A stretch of 63,911 nt of DNA from the NCBI RefSeq assembly GCF_004010195.1, contig NW_025215379.1, positions 147,885-211,795 on the forward strand, written 5' to 3'. Below are positions 1-12,281 of the stretch, piece by piece (the stretch's first letter is position 1; each line of letters begins with the position of its first letter). Made by a program: the position numbers and the translations under genes. The notes beneath the pieces are model-generated. The model made no database searches and was not told where the DNA came from. It was given only the letters and a program-made list of their open reading frames with translations. The stretch is from Chiloscyllium plagiosum (taxonomy: Eukaryota).

Positions 1-667
1 GCCACCAGATCCAGGGTTACCGCAGGGGTCAGAAAAAAATCAATCCTCGTGTGACATCTATGTGGATTGGAGAAAAACGTGAAATCCCTACCTGTAGGGT
101 GGAGACACCTCCAGACGTCACCAACCCTAGTTCCCCACACAAACCCAATAACTGTTTAGTTTGTGCAGAGGGTATCGAGGGACCTTTAGGAAACCTGTCT
201 ACTGTGGGGTCCATGAGGCAGTTAAAATCTCCCCCTATAATGATGTGCCAAGACTTGAGACTTGTCAGTTTAGCAAAAGCATCTACCAAGAATTTAAGAG
301 GATGAGCTGGGGGACAATAAACATTTAAAACGCCATATTCTTCCCCATTTATCAAGGCTTTAAGAATTACAAACCTCCCATATGTGTCTTTAACACATTC
401 CAGCAATTTAAATGAGAGATTTTTCCTAACCAATATAGCCACTCCCCTACTTCTGGTATTAAATGATGAAAAATATACTCGGTCAAAGCCATTCTGCTCT
501 AATTTCAGATGCTCCTTGTCATCCAAATGTGTCTCCTGTAACAAAGCAATATCCACCTTCTCCTTTCTAAGACTCAAGATTACCTTCTTCCTCTTAATCA
601 GTGAGTGACTTCCCTTGATATTCCAGGTACACCATTTAATCAAATCATTAGCCATAATCTTCTGCAA
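1..667 (-). pseudogene. L1 ORF2 N-terminal AP-endonuclease domain, frameshifted near 120
   Basis: ORF 29..667 carries WNIKG, LQETH, SRGVAIL, GRFVIL and GGDFN, then loses the frame after LGLV. Confidence 0.9.
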
Positions 668-784
668 TTACATTTAAATTCCAGAGAGGAGGAACCCAAA
701 CCACAAATTGCTGAGCCTTAGTGTTGCATGGTCCACCAAATATAAAAACTACATAAACTAAAACCACTACATTCTGTAAAATGT

Positions 785-1092
785 GGGCGGCATGGTGGCA
801 CAGTGGTTAGCACTGCTGCCTCACAGCACCAGAGACCCGGGTTCAATTCCCGCCTCAGGCGACAGACTGTGTGGAGTTTGCACGTTCTCCCCGTGTCTGC
901 GTGGGTTTCCTCCGGGTGCTCCGGTTTCCTCCCACAGTACAAAGATGTGCAGGTAAGGTGAATTGGCCATGCTAAATTGCCCGTAGTGTTAGGTAAGGGG
1001 TAAATCTGGGGGTATGGGTGGGTTGCGCTTCGGCGGGTCGGTGTGGACTTGTTGGGCCGAAGGGCCTGTTTCCACACTGTAATGTAATCTAA
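785..1092 (+). mobile_element. HE1-type tRNA-derived V-SINE, full length, inserted in the L1 spacer
   Basis: Box A TGGCACAGTGG, box B GGTTCAATTCC, V-domain GTTTGCACGTTCTCCCCGTGTCTGCGTGGGTTTCCTCCGGGTGCTCCGG, CR1-like tail GGGCCGAAGGGCCTGTTTCC. Confidence 0.92.
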
Positions 1093-1547
1093 TTTATTTA
1101 ACAAACATACAAAATTATTAAAAATAAAAAACAACAAAAACCAGAAAACAAACCAACATATAAAGTGCCAATAGCGCTGAGTAGGGGAACTCACCCCCTG
1201 CCCGGAGTGGGCAACTACCCGTCCTGAACTGCCCATAAATAGGTATCTAACCATCTCAACCACCTTCACTTCTCCCAGCTAGAGCCGCATCACAAGCAAA
1301 AGCTAAAAAGAAAAAACACCCCATAGAATATCAATATGAATAAAAAAACATTCTTTTATATAAAAAAAGGGGGAATAAATATCCCACCCATCCTTTGGTA
1401 TGAACTCTTAGAAATTTAAAATGTACATCTAAACCATTGCCAGACATAGTTTGAACCAAATTATTATCAATAGAGGAAAAAAAAGGGGAAAAAAACAAAG
1501 CTCCAAATGGATTTCCTCCATTTCTTTTACAGAATGATAAATGCATA

Positions 1548-1776
1548 GCTGAAAATGTGTTGCTGGAAAAGCGCAGCAGGTCAGGCAGCATCCAGGGAAC
1601 AGGAGAATCGACATTCCGGGCAAAAGCCCTTCTTCAGGCCCTTCTTTCCTGAAGAAGGGCTTATGCCCAAAACGTCGATTCTCCTGTTCCTTGGATGCTG
1701 CCTGACCTGCTGCGCTTTTCCAGCAACACATTTTCAGCTCTGATCTCCAGCATCTGCAGTCCTCACTTTCTCCTCC
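1548..1776. mobile_element. Palindromic non-autonomous PLE terminus (family A) with two decayed HHR motifs
   Basis: About 90 bp inverted arms plus a one-sided tail. TSD TGATAAATGCATA at 1535-1547 and 1777-1789. GAAA is mutated in both arms (AAAA, GGAA). Confidence 0.88.
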
Positions 1777-1828
1777 TGATAAATGCATACCCAAGCAACA
1801 ATATTTATACATACTACAATTGTTTAAA

Positions 1829-2645
1829 TTAGGTTAGTTTGTCCACAAGGTCTCTTGCCTTCTCCGATGTGTCAAAGAGATACATGGATCCATCTAAGGT
1901 AATCCGAAGCACTGCTGGATATCTCAGGGAGTACTGAATCCCAAGCTCCTTCAGTCTTCTCTTGACACCATCATACGATTTTCGTTTCTGGATCACCGCC
2001 GCTGAAAAGTCCTGAAAAAACATGATCTTAAAACCCCTCGTAAATTAGGGCCTTTGGATCCTTCCCCTGGAGTCTGGATGCCTCCATGACTCTCTCCTCA
2101 TCCCGGTAATGATGGAACCGCACCAGGAGAGGACAAGGGCGTTGACCCAGACCCGACCTCCGTGCTGCGATCCGGTGAGCCCTCTCTATCTTCAATCCTC
2201 TCATGCCAGCCTCCAAGTCAAGGAATTTCAGAAACCAATCTTCAACAAATTCCGCAGGCCGCTCACTTTCCTTACCCTCAGGCAGACCGATGATCCGAAT
2301 GTTTTTTCTCCTGCCTCTGTTTTCAAGATCATCCACTTGGTCACGCAAATTATGAACCTGTGTCTTCAGGGCTTGGATCTCTTCCTTGAATGAACTGGCA
2401 TCAGCTTCCACCACTGCGATCCTGTGCTCCACCTCATCTGTCCTCTTCTCCAGGTCTCCCAGCTGCTGCTCATGCTTCTGGAGCATGAGAGAGACTGGAA
2501 CCAGCTTCTCTTCAATCTGTTTCCCCAACATCTCATGAGATTTCGAGAGCTGGTTCACCAGGTCCTAGAGAGTAATCGGCCCAGAGGCTGCTGCAGGTTG
2601 AGCTGCGGGCCCGGCCTCAGATGCTCCTCCTCCCTTTTTCGGCAT
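1829..2645 (-). pseudogene. L1 ORF1 (coiled coil/RRM/CTD type), disabled
   Basis: ATG at 2645 (MPKKGGG...), in-frame TAG at codon 27, continues as ORF 2028..2558, frameshifts into 1829..2023. Confidence 0.9.
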
Positions 2646-2806
2646 TTCTGGACAGCTGAAAATATAGGTAAGTCAATTTTTAAATGTTTCTTGGGGCTCC
2701 ACAGTCTTTCCAACGCTCCAACAAATCCTGATGACCTGGGTTGGGTGGGTTAAAGAACCGTCCTGCTCCTGCTGTGATGCGAAGCTCTGTATGATCTTCT
2801 CAGATC

Positions 2807-2817
2807 GCCGCCATCTT
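2807..2817 (-). promoter_or_regulatory. YY1-type motif AAGATGGCGGC at the L1 5' terminus
   Basis: Starts 9 nt from the G-run 5' end, the same layout as mammalian L1 internal promoters. Confidence 0.7.
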
Positions 2818-3479
2818 AGATCCCCCGCAGAGTGAATGTTTGAAGCGTTGACAAATTAGGTTTGGGGAAGGGAAAGATTTCTTTATCTAGCACCCCTGGG
2901 AGAGGGAGAAGGTCTTTCAATTTGGCACCATTTTTGTGTGGTTCTATGTCATGGATAGGACATCGGTATTTGGTGGAAATGTGATGGTATGTCGGAAGTA
3001 AAGAAGTATAAAATAGTGACTTCAGATACAAGACAGAGATAAATATTGACATTGTTATAAATTGATTTTTTTTAACTAGAGTTATCCACTGAGGTTCATT
3101 ATTTATGGTGCATTATTATGATGTTGATTTAGTCTGAATAGCATTAATGACTAAGGTTTCATTAATCTGCAACAAATTGTTTAAAACTACATAGAAATTG
3201 CCTGGGACCATCTGCCATGGATCAAGCTGATTCCGTCCATTCAGCCATGAAATAGCTGGATGGTGTTTATGTGAAAATCTAAAAGTTAACCTTGAAGATT
3301 TGTGATCATCTATGGTCTAAGCTGTTTCATTTCGTGATAGGTACAATTTGTAAGATGCAAATGCTCTTTTCTCATAATTAAATTTAAAACTGAGAGCAAA
3401 ATCTGCCGCTGTAAAATGCTTTTAAGAGACAGGACGCTAGACAGGACAGAACATCTCTGGGACACACGCACTATAAAAC

Positions 3480-3882
3480 CCCACTGCTCTACGACTGACA
3501 CATCAACACTACCCCTCCGCCCAGCTCTGCCAAAGACATGCAAGTCTTGGGCCTTCTCCACCGCCAAATCGTAGCCACCTAATGATTGGAGGAAGAACAC
3601 CTCATCTTCCGCCTTGGACCCTCCAACCACACAAAATCAATGTTAATTTTATCAGTTTCCTCATCTCCCCTCTCCCTATATTATCTCAGATCTAACCCTC
3701 CAACTCGGCACCACCCTCTTGAACTATTCTACCTGTCCATCTTCCTACCCACCCATCTGATCCACTCTCCACATTCCTGATGAAGAGCTCTCCTGCTTCT
3801 CGGATGCTGCCTGACCTGCTGTGCTTTTCCAGCGCCACACTTTTTGACTCTGATCTCCAGCATCTGCAGTCCTCCCCTTCTC
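3480..3882 (+). mobile_element. PLE 3' remnant (GIY-YIG tail plus family A terminus with HHR deleted)
   Basis: LEEEHLIFRLG motif, pyrimidine-rich UTR, CCTGATGAAG followed by a deletion, then the family A tail. Confidence 0.75.
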
Positions 3883-4112
3883 CCTGCTTTTAAGCATGTT
3901 TGCCCAATACATCATGAATAATAACTTTGCAGTCAAAGTAAAACTGCTAATTATATAAAAGAGTCTCTGGGTATTTTTCTAACCTTATACAACCAGCAGG
4001 TTGTCTTAACTTATTGCTAGGAGAAAGTGAGGACTGCAGATGCTGGAGATCAGAGCTGAAAATGTGTTGCTGGAAAAGCGCAGCAGGTCAGGCAGCATCC
4101 AAGGAGCAGGAG

Positions 4113-4148
4113 AATCGACGTTTCGGGCATGAGCCCTTCTTCAGGATT
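4113..4148 (-). ncRNA. Minimal type-I hammerhead ribozyme motif, intact
   Basis: aatc-CUGAAGA-A-GGGC-UCAU-GCCC-GAAA-CG-UC-gauu; helix I AAUC/GAUU. Confidence 0.82.
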
Positions 4149-4181
4149 CCTGAAGAAGGGCTCATGCCCGAAACGTCGATT
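4146..4181 (+). ncRNA. Minimal type-I hammerhead ribozyme motif, intact core
   Basis: auuc-CUGAAGA-A-GGGC-UCAU-GCCC-GAAA-CG-UC-gauu; one U-U mismatch in helix I. Confidence 0.78.
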
Positions 4182-4789
4182 CTCCTGCTCCTTGGATGCA
4201 GCCTGACCTGCTGCGCTTTTCCAGCAACACATTTTCAGCTCTTAACTCATTGCTACACATGTTTAAAAACTTGGGGTACCTTGTTGGCGGTTTTCTGAGT
4301 AACATCAATGAGGCACTCAAATGCTGGCTTCACTTCTGTACTGGTTGTGTGGTCTCAGAAATTTAGCCCTCTACTTCACTGTATAAATCAGGAATAATGC
4401 TTCAGATTGCATGCACAGTCATCACTATTGAAAAATTATCAAACAGTTGAACAAAACACAAAATGTGCTTTACCCAAATATAGTCATACTAAATTATTTG
4501 AATTATGTATGTTGCTATATTTGATTCTTAAACCTCCACAACTCAGAATGATGTTGCTACAGAATAACATGGGAGAATAGAATCAGAAATTGCATTTATT
4601 TTAATCACAACAGCGTCAGCCAAAAGATGTAAAACTCAGCATCCTACACTTTGCATAAATTGCACTCTTTTTAGTTTCTCAATAAGTAATTTTTCTGAAG
4701 CTGCACAAATTAACTGGCTGACTATTTCTCCATCCATCAATTTTTATCCACTAAGTAAAAAGCTAATCATTTCATACTTGTTACAATGT

Positions 4790-5340
4790 CCGAATCAAAC
4801 ACAAGTTCCGTATCCATCGGTGGAGAGAGAAACACAGTTAACATCTTTCATGCAGTCATCTCTTTTTGGAAATGAAGAAAAAGGTGAAAAAGCATTGTGT
4901 TTTATACTGTATAAAGAGGTTTTGGAGGAGCAAGCTAAGAAAGGAAGGTCAGAGGGTGAGGGAGACTACAAATCATTCGAGTCACTGAACAAAAGTGAAG
5001 GAGATTGGTAATGATTGCAGAAGGGAGAGATGGGTCTAAAGTGAGTGTTAACTATTGGAATATAGCTCACCATTATTGAAGGTGGCTGTTGTTGGTAGCA
5101 AAATGGGGGACAGAATTCATGATCTGACATTATTGAACTCAATGTTTAGTTCAGGAAACTCTAAAATGCCTAAAAATAATTCAGGTGACACTACTTCAGC
5201 TTGTATTAGACTTTAGTGGAACACTAGAGCAGACCTAAGAATAGAAGCGAGAACATGAAAGAAAGATGTTTCATTAAAGTGGCAAGCAATCTGAAACTGG
5301 CTATCATGCATGCAGTCTGAATGTTCCCCAATGTCATCAC
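4790..5340 (-). mobile_element. Old PLE 3' remnant
   Basis: Resembles the reverse complement of the remnants at 31195-32345 and 43740-44285 (ACQFNETSFSH-like GIY-YIG tail). Confidence 0.5.
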
Positions 5341-6384
5341 TCTCCTCAGCATTTGGTTTCAAAAACACCTGTGCTGAATGGCATTGTTTTCTGTTGCTGT
5401 ATTTTATCTTATACAATTTGAAGTGCATCACAAAAACGTTCAAAACAGAAACATTGAACAGGAGCAGAAGTAGGCCGTTCTGCCCTTTGAGCCTGTTTCA
5501 TCTTTTAATATGATCATGGCTGACCATCCATTTCAGTGCCCTGTTCCTACTCCAACCCCTTACCTTTTGATCCCTTCAGCCCTAAGAAGACCATAACATA
5601 TGACATAGATCAGAATTAAGCCATTTGGCCCATTGAGTATGTTCTGCCATTGAATCATTGCTGATCAGAAGTATATCTATATTCTCCTTGAAAACATTCA
5701 ATGTTTTCGCTTCTCAATCACTTTCTATGGCAGAGAATTCCACAGACTCAACACTGTCTGGTGAAGAAATTTCTCTTCTTTGCAGTTCTAAATGGCCTAC
5801 CCCTGGTTCTGATATCTCTGGTTATCAGGAATACCCTTGCTGTGCATACTTTGTCTAGTCATGTTAGAATTTTGAAGCATAAGTAGAAATAGCTAGAGAA
5901 ACTCAGCAAGTCTGACAGCATCTGTGGAGAGAAAGCAGAATCAAAATTTCTTCTTCAGAACTTCAGAACTGAGCTTCCATTGAATATTGTCCTAACTGAT
6001 CAGGCTTTCTTCATATATCAGTCCTGTCATTTCAGGAATCAGTCTGGTAAACCTTCATCATTCTCTCTCACAAAATCCTTTCTCAGATAAGTAAACCAAA
6101 ACTGCACAAAACTCTCCTGGTGTGATATCACCCGGGCTCTACACAAACGTAACAAGACATCCTTAATCCTGTACTTAAATACTTTTGCTACTGAGGCCAA
6201 CATACCATTTGTCTTCACCTTGCCTATTGCATCCTATGTCTTAACTTCAATGACTGGTGTACAAGGGTAACAGGTCTCATTGCATTGCCCCTTTCCCCAA
6301 TCCATCACCAATCAGATAATAATCTGCCTTTCTAGTTTTGCTAACAAATCAGATAAGCTCACACTTATCCACATTATACTTAAT

Positions 6385-6875
6385 GTCACAGAGTCATAGA
6401 GTCATAGAGATGTACAGCACGGAAACAGACCCTTCGGTCCAACCTACAGTTCTGGTCTCCTTCCTATCGGAAAGATTTTGTGAAACTTGAAAGGGTTCAG
6501 AAAAGATTTACAAGGATGTTGCCAGGGTTGGAGGATTTGAGCTATAGGGAGAGACTGAACAGGCTGGGGCTGTTTTCCCTGGAACGTCGGAGGCTGAAGA
6601 GTGACCTTATAGACGTTTACAAAATTATGAGGGGCATGGATAGAATAAATAGACAAAGTCTTTTCCTGAGGTCGGGGATTCCAGAGCTAGAGGGCATAGG
6701 TTTAGGGTGAGAGGGGAAAGATATAAAAGAGACCTAAGGGGCAGAGGGTAGTGCATGTATGGAATGAGCTGCCAGAGGAAGTGGTGGAGGCTGGTACAAT
6801 TGCAATATTTAAAAGGCATTTGGATGGGTATATGAATAGGAAGGGTTTGGTGGGATATGGGCCGGGTGCTGGCAG
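6385..6875. mobile_element. CR1/HER1 3' end with an internal inversion
   Basis: 6385-6443 is the octamer tail and terminal hairpin on the minus strand. 6444-6875 is the upstream ORF2 end on the plus strand (LERVQKRFTRMLPGL...RRLKSDLI). Confidence 0.85.
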
Positions 6876-7712
6876 TGCCATGCATTTTCCCACTCAATGT
6901 GCCCATGTCACACTGATGCCTCTCTGCATCCTCCCCTCAGTTCATCTCCCACCAAGTTTTGTGTTGCCTGAAAACATGGAGATATTGCATTTAGTTTCTC
7001 GTCTAAATTATTAACATATTATGAATGGCTGGGGGTCCAAACACTAATCCCAATGGTACCCTAGCAAACACTAATTGCTGCTCGGAAAAGGACCCTTTGT
7101 CCCTATTCTCTGTTTCCTGTCTACCAACCAGTTCTGTATCCATGTCAATACACATGCATTTTAATTTAACATGCTAATCTATTATGAGGGACCTTATCGA
7201 AAGCCTTCAGAAAGTCCTTGTGAACTATATCCATTGCCTCCCCTGTATCACCTCGAGTTACATCATCAAAAAAGTCCCACAGATTTATTAAGCATGAGTT
7301 CTTTTTCATCAATTCATGGTGGTTTTGTCCAATCCTATCACTGTTTTCCAACAGCTTTGCTGTAAATCTCTTACAATGGACGATAGCATTTTCCCAGCCA
7401 CTGATTTCAGGCTAATCAATCTATAATTCCATGTCTTCTTTCTACTTCCTTTCTTAAATTGTGGAGTTACATAGGCTATCCCCCAGTTCACAGAAGCTAT
7501 CCAGAGTCTATAGAATCTTAGAAAATGACTAAGACACTTCTTTCAGTACTCTGGGTTTAAATTATTGTACCTCAGGGAATTATCAGACCTCAATCCCATC
7601 AATTTCCCCAATACCATTTCCCTACCAAATTTGATTTCCTTCAGTTTGACCCTCTCACTAGACTACGTGTTCCCCACATTTTTAGGAAGCTACTTATGTC
7701 CTCTTTTGTGAA

Positions 7713-7901
7713 GTTAAAGATCATACAATTCCAGGTTATAGTCCAACAGGTTTATTTGGAAGCACTAGCTTTCAGAGTTACCCGAAGGAGCAGCACTCTG
7801 AAAGCTAGTACTTCCAAATAAATCTGCTGGACTATAACCTGGCGTTGTGTGATTTTTAACTTCGTCCACCCCAGTCCAACACTGACACCTCCACATCATG
7901 G
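7713..7901. mobile_element. Palindromic PLE terminus (family C), HHR decayed
   Basis: About 65 bp inverted arms plus a ~40 nt tail. TSD CTCTTTTRTGAA at 7701-7712 and 7902-7913. Homologous to 59351-59435. Confidence 0.8.
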
Positions 7902-10900
7902 CTCTTTTATGAAAACAGAACCAAAATGTGTATTTGTTTAATTAATCTACTTTTTTTAGCTATTATAGCTTGCATTATTCTTGACTATAAGGGACCTACA
8001 TCTGTCTTCACTAATCTTATTCTCTTCATATTCCTATAGAAGGTTCTACAATCATTGTACATTTCCTGCAAGATTACTGCTGAATTCTATTTTTGTCCTC
8101 TTAATCAATCTCTTTACTCTCCTTTGTTGAAATCTTAACTGCCTCCTTACTCTTTGTGTAAAATGTTTTCCTTGTGTTCTTTATTCTCTAGTTTATGTTA
8201 TCTCTTTAGTTTTTATTGCCAATAATCAAACACATTTAAATCTCAGGCATATTAATCTTTCAGCAATTGGAAACAATTTCTATTTACTATATTGTTGCAG
8301 GGAAAATTGCTAGTCTCAGAGTCAGAGTCGGGGTTCAAGGACAGAGTTTAATGTACAAGGAAATATCGGAGCTCTGGTGAGAGCACAGCACAATGGTCAG
8401 CTGTGAGTCTTCTCTCGACCCGGAGCACATGTCAATAAATTTTTTAATGCGTCTTGTGATACAATAGGTCAGTGATGAGATTATTGTCTTTGTACATAGT
8501 TTGTTTATAGTAATCGTTACAGAATCATTGATAGTTTCGATACAGTTTCAGTGTCTGCATGGAATTCCATTGCTGTAATAATGGGCACTAATTGCTGTTC
8601 CTGAGAAGGATGATTACTGCAGTCCTGGCCATTAACATTTCATATTGAGCCTGTATCAAGTTGTTAGCATTTCTATAAGAGGTGCTGGCTGGTCCCAGAC
8701 ACTTCGGTGGGCAGTGTTTGTTACTCATGTGTATTCTCTCCCCTGTCCGCCTTAAACTAATCAAGTGTATTGTGCTGGCAGTCTGATGGCCTCAGGCAGT
8801 GTCTGTATCTGCTCTGCTGTTTCTCTCCATGTTGTGATCTGGCGGCCATCTTTTGTGTCAAGTTGGACAACTGATGCCTAAGCGGCCATCCTGTGTGTCC
8901 ATGTGCCTAGTGTCACCCTGCCCCATGCCATCTCTTTCTTCACAATCTGAAACTTTCATCATTTTATACAGCCTCATAATCCTCATTCTGCCTGTTGTGG
9001 TGCTTAAAGTCCCCTGCCATGTGTTTTCAGTGGTACATGGATTTCACTCACTATCCACAAGGTGGTGGGAGAAGGCCACATAAGACAGGGGAAGTGCAGC
9101 CCAGCCCAGGATCTCCATGAAGGCCTGGGAACCAGATCTTCCACTGTTGCACCATCCTTTCCTGCATCTTAAGTAACTAAGTCACACAGGCAGTGGGTAA
9201 GGTGAAGTAGGTGATGCTGGGTAAATGCCTCTAGTCTTGTCTGGCTGGAGTGGTGGGGGTGTAGTCAGGTCTGGTCAGGAATGTAGATGGCTACTCGGGG
9301 ATCAGCACAACCAGGAGTAGTTGGGTGCGGGAGCTAGTCACAGAGTCGGAGGTTAGTCGGGGCTGTGGGAGGGTGGATTGGGGTTTGCTTGGGGAGAGTT
9401 GAGATAGGAACTGGGGTGTTTCAGTGGAAGTGATTGAGGAGTCAGTTCATGAGTTGAACTATGTTTTATTTTGTTCAACATTTATGAGTAACTATTCAGT
9501 TAATTTCCACAGAACCATCTGAAGTTTCCAGCTCTATTTCAGGGTCTCCTGGCAGCACGGCAATTGCATATTTGAAGTTCAAAGTTCTCATAAAATTTCC
9601 ATGAAAGTCAACACATTAAGACTTCCACAGGGTTCCAGCACACAACTTGGGCTATATATCCAGTCACTGACAATCACAGGCTTGAGATTTGGGCCTTGAT
9701 GCCTCATGCCAAACACAGTATTTGAACTGATGAAAGTCCTATTCAGGCACAAGTAGAGCAATCTTTTCTTTTGTGGTGAATGTTCTTGCACATACAAACT
9801 AGAGGTTAGTTTGCTCTAGCTATAGATACAAGGTATTGATTGTTTAACTTTCATGAGTGGTATATTTAAACAGAACTTTCTTGTATTGCTGGCTGCTGTT
9901 CTTCAACACAATATATTGCATCGAAAAGAACACAATCCACTGGCCATCCTAACCCCACTGACAACCACCACAGTCTCAAAAGAATCAAAGTATCTACTTG
10001 ATTTGTTCGCTGACAATTTTGACTGTTTGTTTGTTCAAAAGTGGTATGATTTTGACACTTGTTTAATGAGTAGTTCACAAAAGCACTAGGAAGCATTACC
10101 CTAATATTCTTCAGATAGAAAACATGACACCATATGTTTGATTTGCCTACAACTTCCTTGGTGCTCTTTTTCTAGTATTCTGCAAGATTCTGTCCTAATT
10201 TATGAGGTTAATGTCAGAAGCATACATAAGGATAATGATGTCATATTGAATGCAGAGTTAAATGAAGAGGTAGAGAGTGCTAGAATGGAGCATGATCTCT
10301 GGCGTAGTGAGAAGATGAAGCTGTAAACAAAGAGTACCTGTACTAGCAGAAAGTTGCATATGTCAAGCAGTATTGCTTTGAGAGATTAAAGCACAGTACA
10401 CCTTGATGGCAGCAGTAAAGCAAAAGAATCATTGAAACCAGCAACAAAGTGAACCTTGTGGTCAAGAAGAACAGAATACATTTTTTGAAAACTCACCAGA
10501 ATGTTGAGACACTGTGAGAGCAGCAGTAGGGTAGCAAACAGACCTGGAAAAGGATAACAATGAGGTACTGCTTAAAGCAACAAGCAGCAGGATGAAGGAG
10601 CAGATGTAGGAACTGCCAAGGGCTCAGGAGAAGCATGGAAGGCATTCTATCCACTTCTGGAAACATTTTAGGTAAAAGAGAGAAACCATGCCAGGCCCAG
10701 GAATGGGAAAATTGATTAAAAATAATTTCACCAGATGTTGAATTACTTCAGGGTTCAATTAGAAAGGTTGTTGGGAAGGACCATGTCAGTACATTACTGC
10801 TCCTGTAGGAACTATTGCTAACAATGTAGTCATGAAACAGAACATTGATGAGAATGCAGAATTGTATGAACAGGTGTTCTGGGCAGTTGTTGCCTATTTT

Positions 10901-11774
10901 TGTCAAAATTTACTGATTGAACCAATAAAGTTTAATGGAAAGAAAGAGGCGAGAGGAAAACATGAATTTATACATTAAGGATCTTTATATGGTGGCAGCT
11001 TATTGACTAATGAAGGGTAGAAAGCAGAATTAATTCACGTCCAGGTCATTGGTGAGTCGTTTACAAGTCAGCGAAAATTTAGTGTGAGAGAATGTAGTGC
11101 AAAACCATTTAGCAAATGGAACAAGGTGCTTATTCAATGGGAACTGAGGTACCATAGAAAAAAATTGAACAAAGTGATTCTGCCCAATGGTAAAGGAGAA
11201 AAAGAACAAACCCTTCAGCTAGCCTGAGCAGGGAAAAGCATGTCAATCACCATTTGAAGTTTTTTTTTGATGAGACAGCAACAAGCCACATAAGTCGGAA
11301 GGATATCCAGCAGGGGGAGCATAATGCCACACAGTGGAAGCAGGTTCAACTTAAAGCTGTCTGTCATTTTGAATTAAAAAAGAGAATCTAAAGGGTGTTG
11401 ATATCATTGAACAAAAAGACAATAGAGACTTGGAACCATTTCTCAGAACAAGAGGAAGAAGATGACTCTGCTGTCATTCGGAGAGGCAGGGAAATTGCAG
11501 AACATCGTTGACCTCAAAATGCAATCAGAATGAGATCAGGGATATCAGTCAAAATTGGCTTCCGTGAAGTCTGAGATGTTGGGGACAGATGTTTGGAATG
11601 TGAATATAGTGAGGTTAAGAATTTGAGAAATGTGTTGAGTCATGAGATTAACGTCATACTGATAATATAGCACGAATGTTGAAGAGAGAGATTGAAGGGA
11701 GCAGAAGCTCTAATCTAGTGTGAAAATAATGTATACATCAATTAAACTGTAAATAAAGAGTACCTTTTTTAACA

Positions 11775-12077
11775 TTAGATTCCCTACAGTGTGGAAACAG
11801 GCCCTTCGGCCCAACAAGTCCACACCGACCCTCCGAAGAGTAACCCACCCTGACCCATTTCCCTCTGACTGATGCACCTAACACTATGGGCAATTTAGAA
11901 TGGCCAATTCACCTGACCCGCACATCTTTGGACTGTGGGAGGAAACCAGAGCACCCAGAGGAAATCCACGCAGACACGGGGAGAATGTGCAAATTCCACA
12001 CAGACAGTTACCCAAGGCCGGAATCAAACCTGGGTCCCTGGTGCTGTGAGGCAGCAGTGCGAACCACTGAGCCACCC
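11775..12077 (-). mobile_element. HE1-type SINE
   Basis: Reverse-complement match to 785-1092. Confidence 0.9.
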
Positions 12078-12281
12078 CTTGTCAGAAATTCCATGAGCTC
12101 GCAGCACTACTTTGGGACACTAAATTGAGTTTGACCCCAAACGTAGCAAAACAATTTACTCCCTTTTATACTCTTTCGTTTCCCCCTCATTCTGCCCAAC
12201 TTAGTGCAGAAAATTGCTACCACCTCTACCAGTCCTCTTTGTTCCTGGGACATTCTATGTTGTTATGATTCCAGGTGATGT

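Larger units (their letters stand above)
1..2826 (-). mobile_element. L1-clade LINE, 5' half (5'UTR, ORF1, spacer, ORF2 endonuclease); runs off the left edge
   Basis: ORF1 has L1 motifs (DDLENRGRRKNIRIIGLPEG, IERAHR, YSLRYPAVLRI). ORF2 has APE motifs (TWNIKG, IALLQETHL, NVYCP, IIGGDFN). The minus strand begins GGGGGATCTAAGATGGCGGCG. Confidence 0.93.
4020..4239. mobile_element. Near-perfect palindromic PLE terminus (family A)
   Basis: About 95 bp arms with 1 mismatch around a 1-nt loop at 4147, plus a ~32 nt tail. TSD TCTTAACTYATTGCTA at 4004-4019 and 4240-4255. Confidence 0.92.
5445..8160 (-). mobile_element. Decayed CR1 LINE (RT to 3'UTR) with nested insertions
   Basis: Fragments VTPQFKKGSRKKTWNYRLISL, SCLINLWDFFDDV and DFLKAFDKVPH; CR1 3'UTR at the left end. 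Confidence 0.8.

Noticed and set aside
785..860. tRNA-like sequences (also at other HE1 heads, 51200 and 53195)
   Set aside because: These are SINE/LINE heads that continue into repeat bodies, not tRNA genes.
1429..4298. Recurrent short ORFs MCCWKSAAGQAAS... on both strands
   Set aside because: They are chance translations of the palindromic PLE terminus, not a protein family.
8380..11700. GCGGCCATC repeated at ~8843 and ~8882, a G-rich tract and purine-rich ORF-like sequence
   Set aside because: Probably very old transposon debris; I could not identify motifs or termini.
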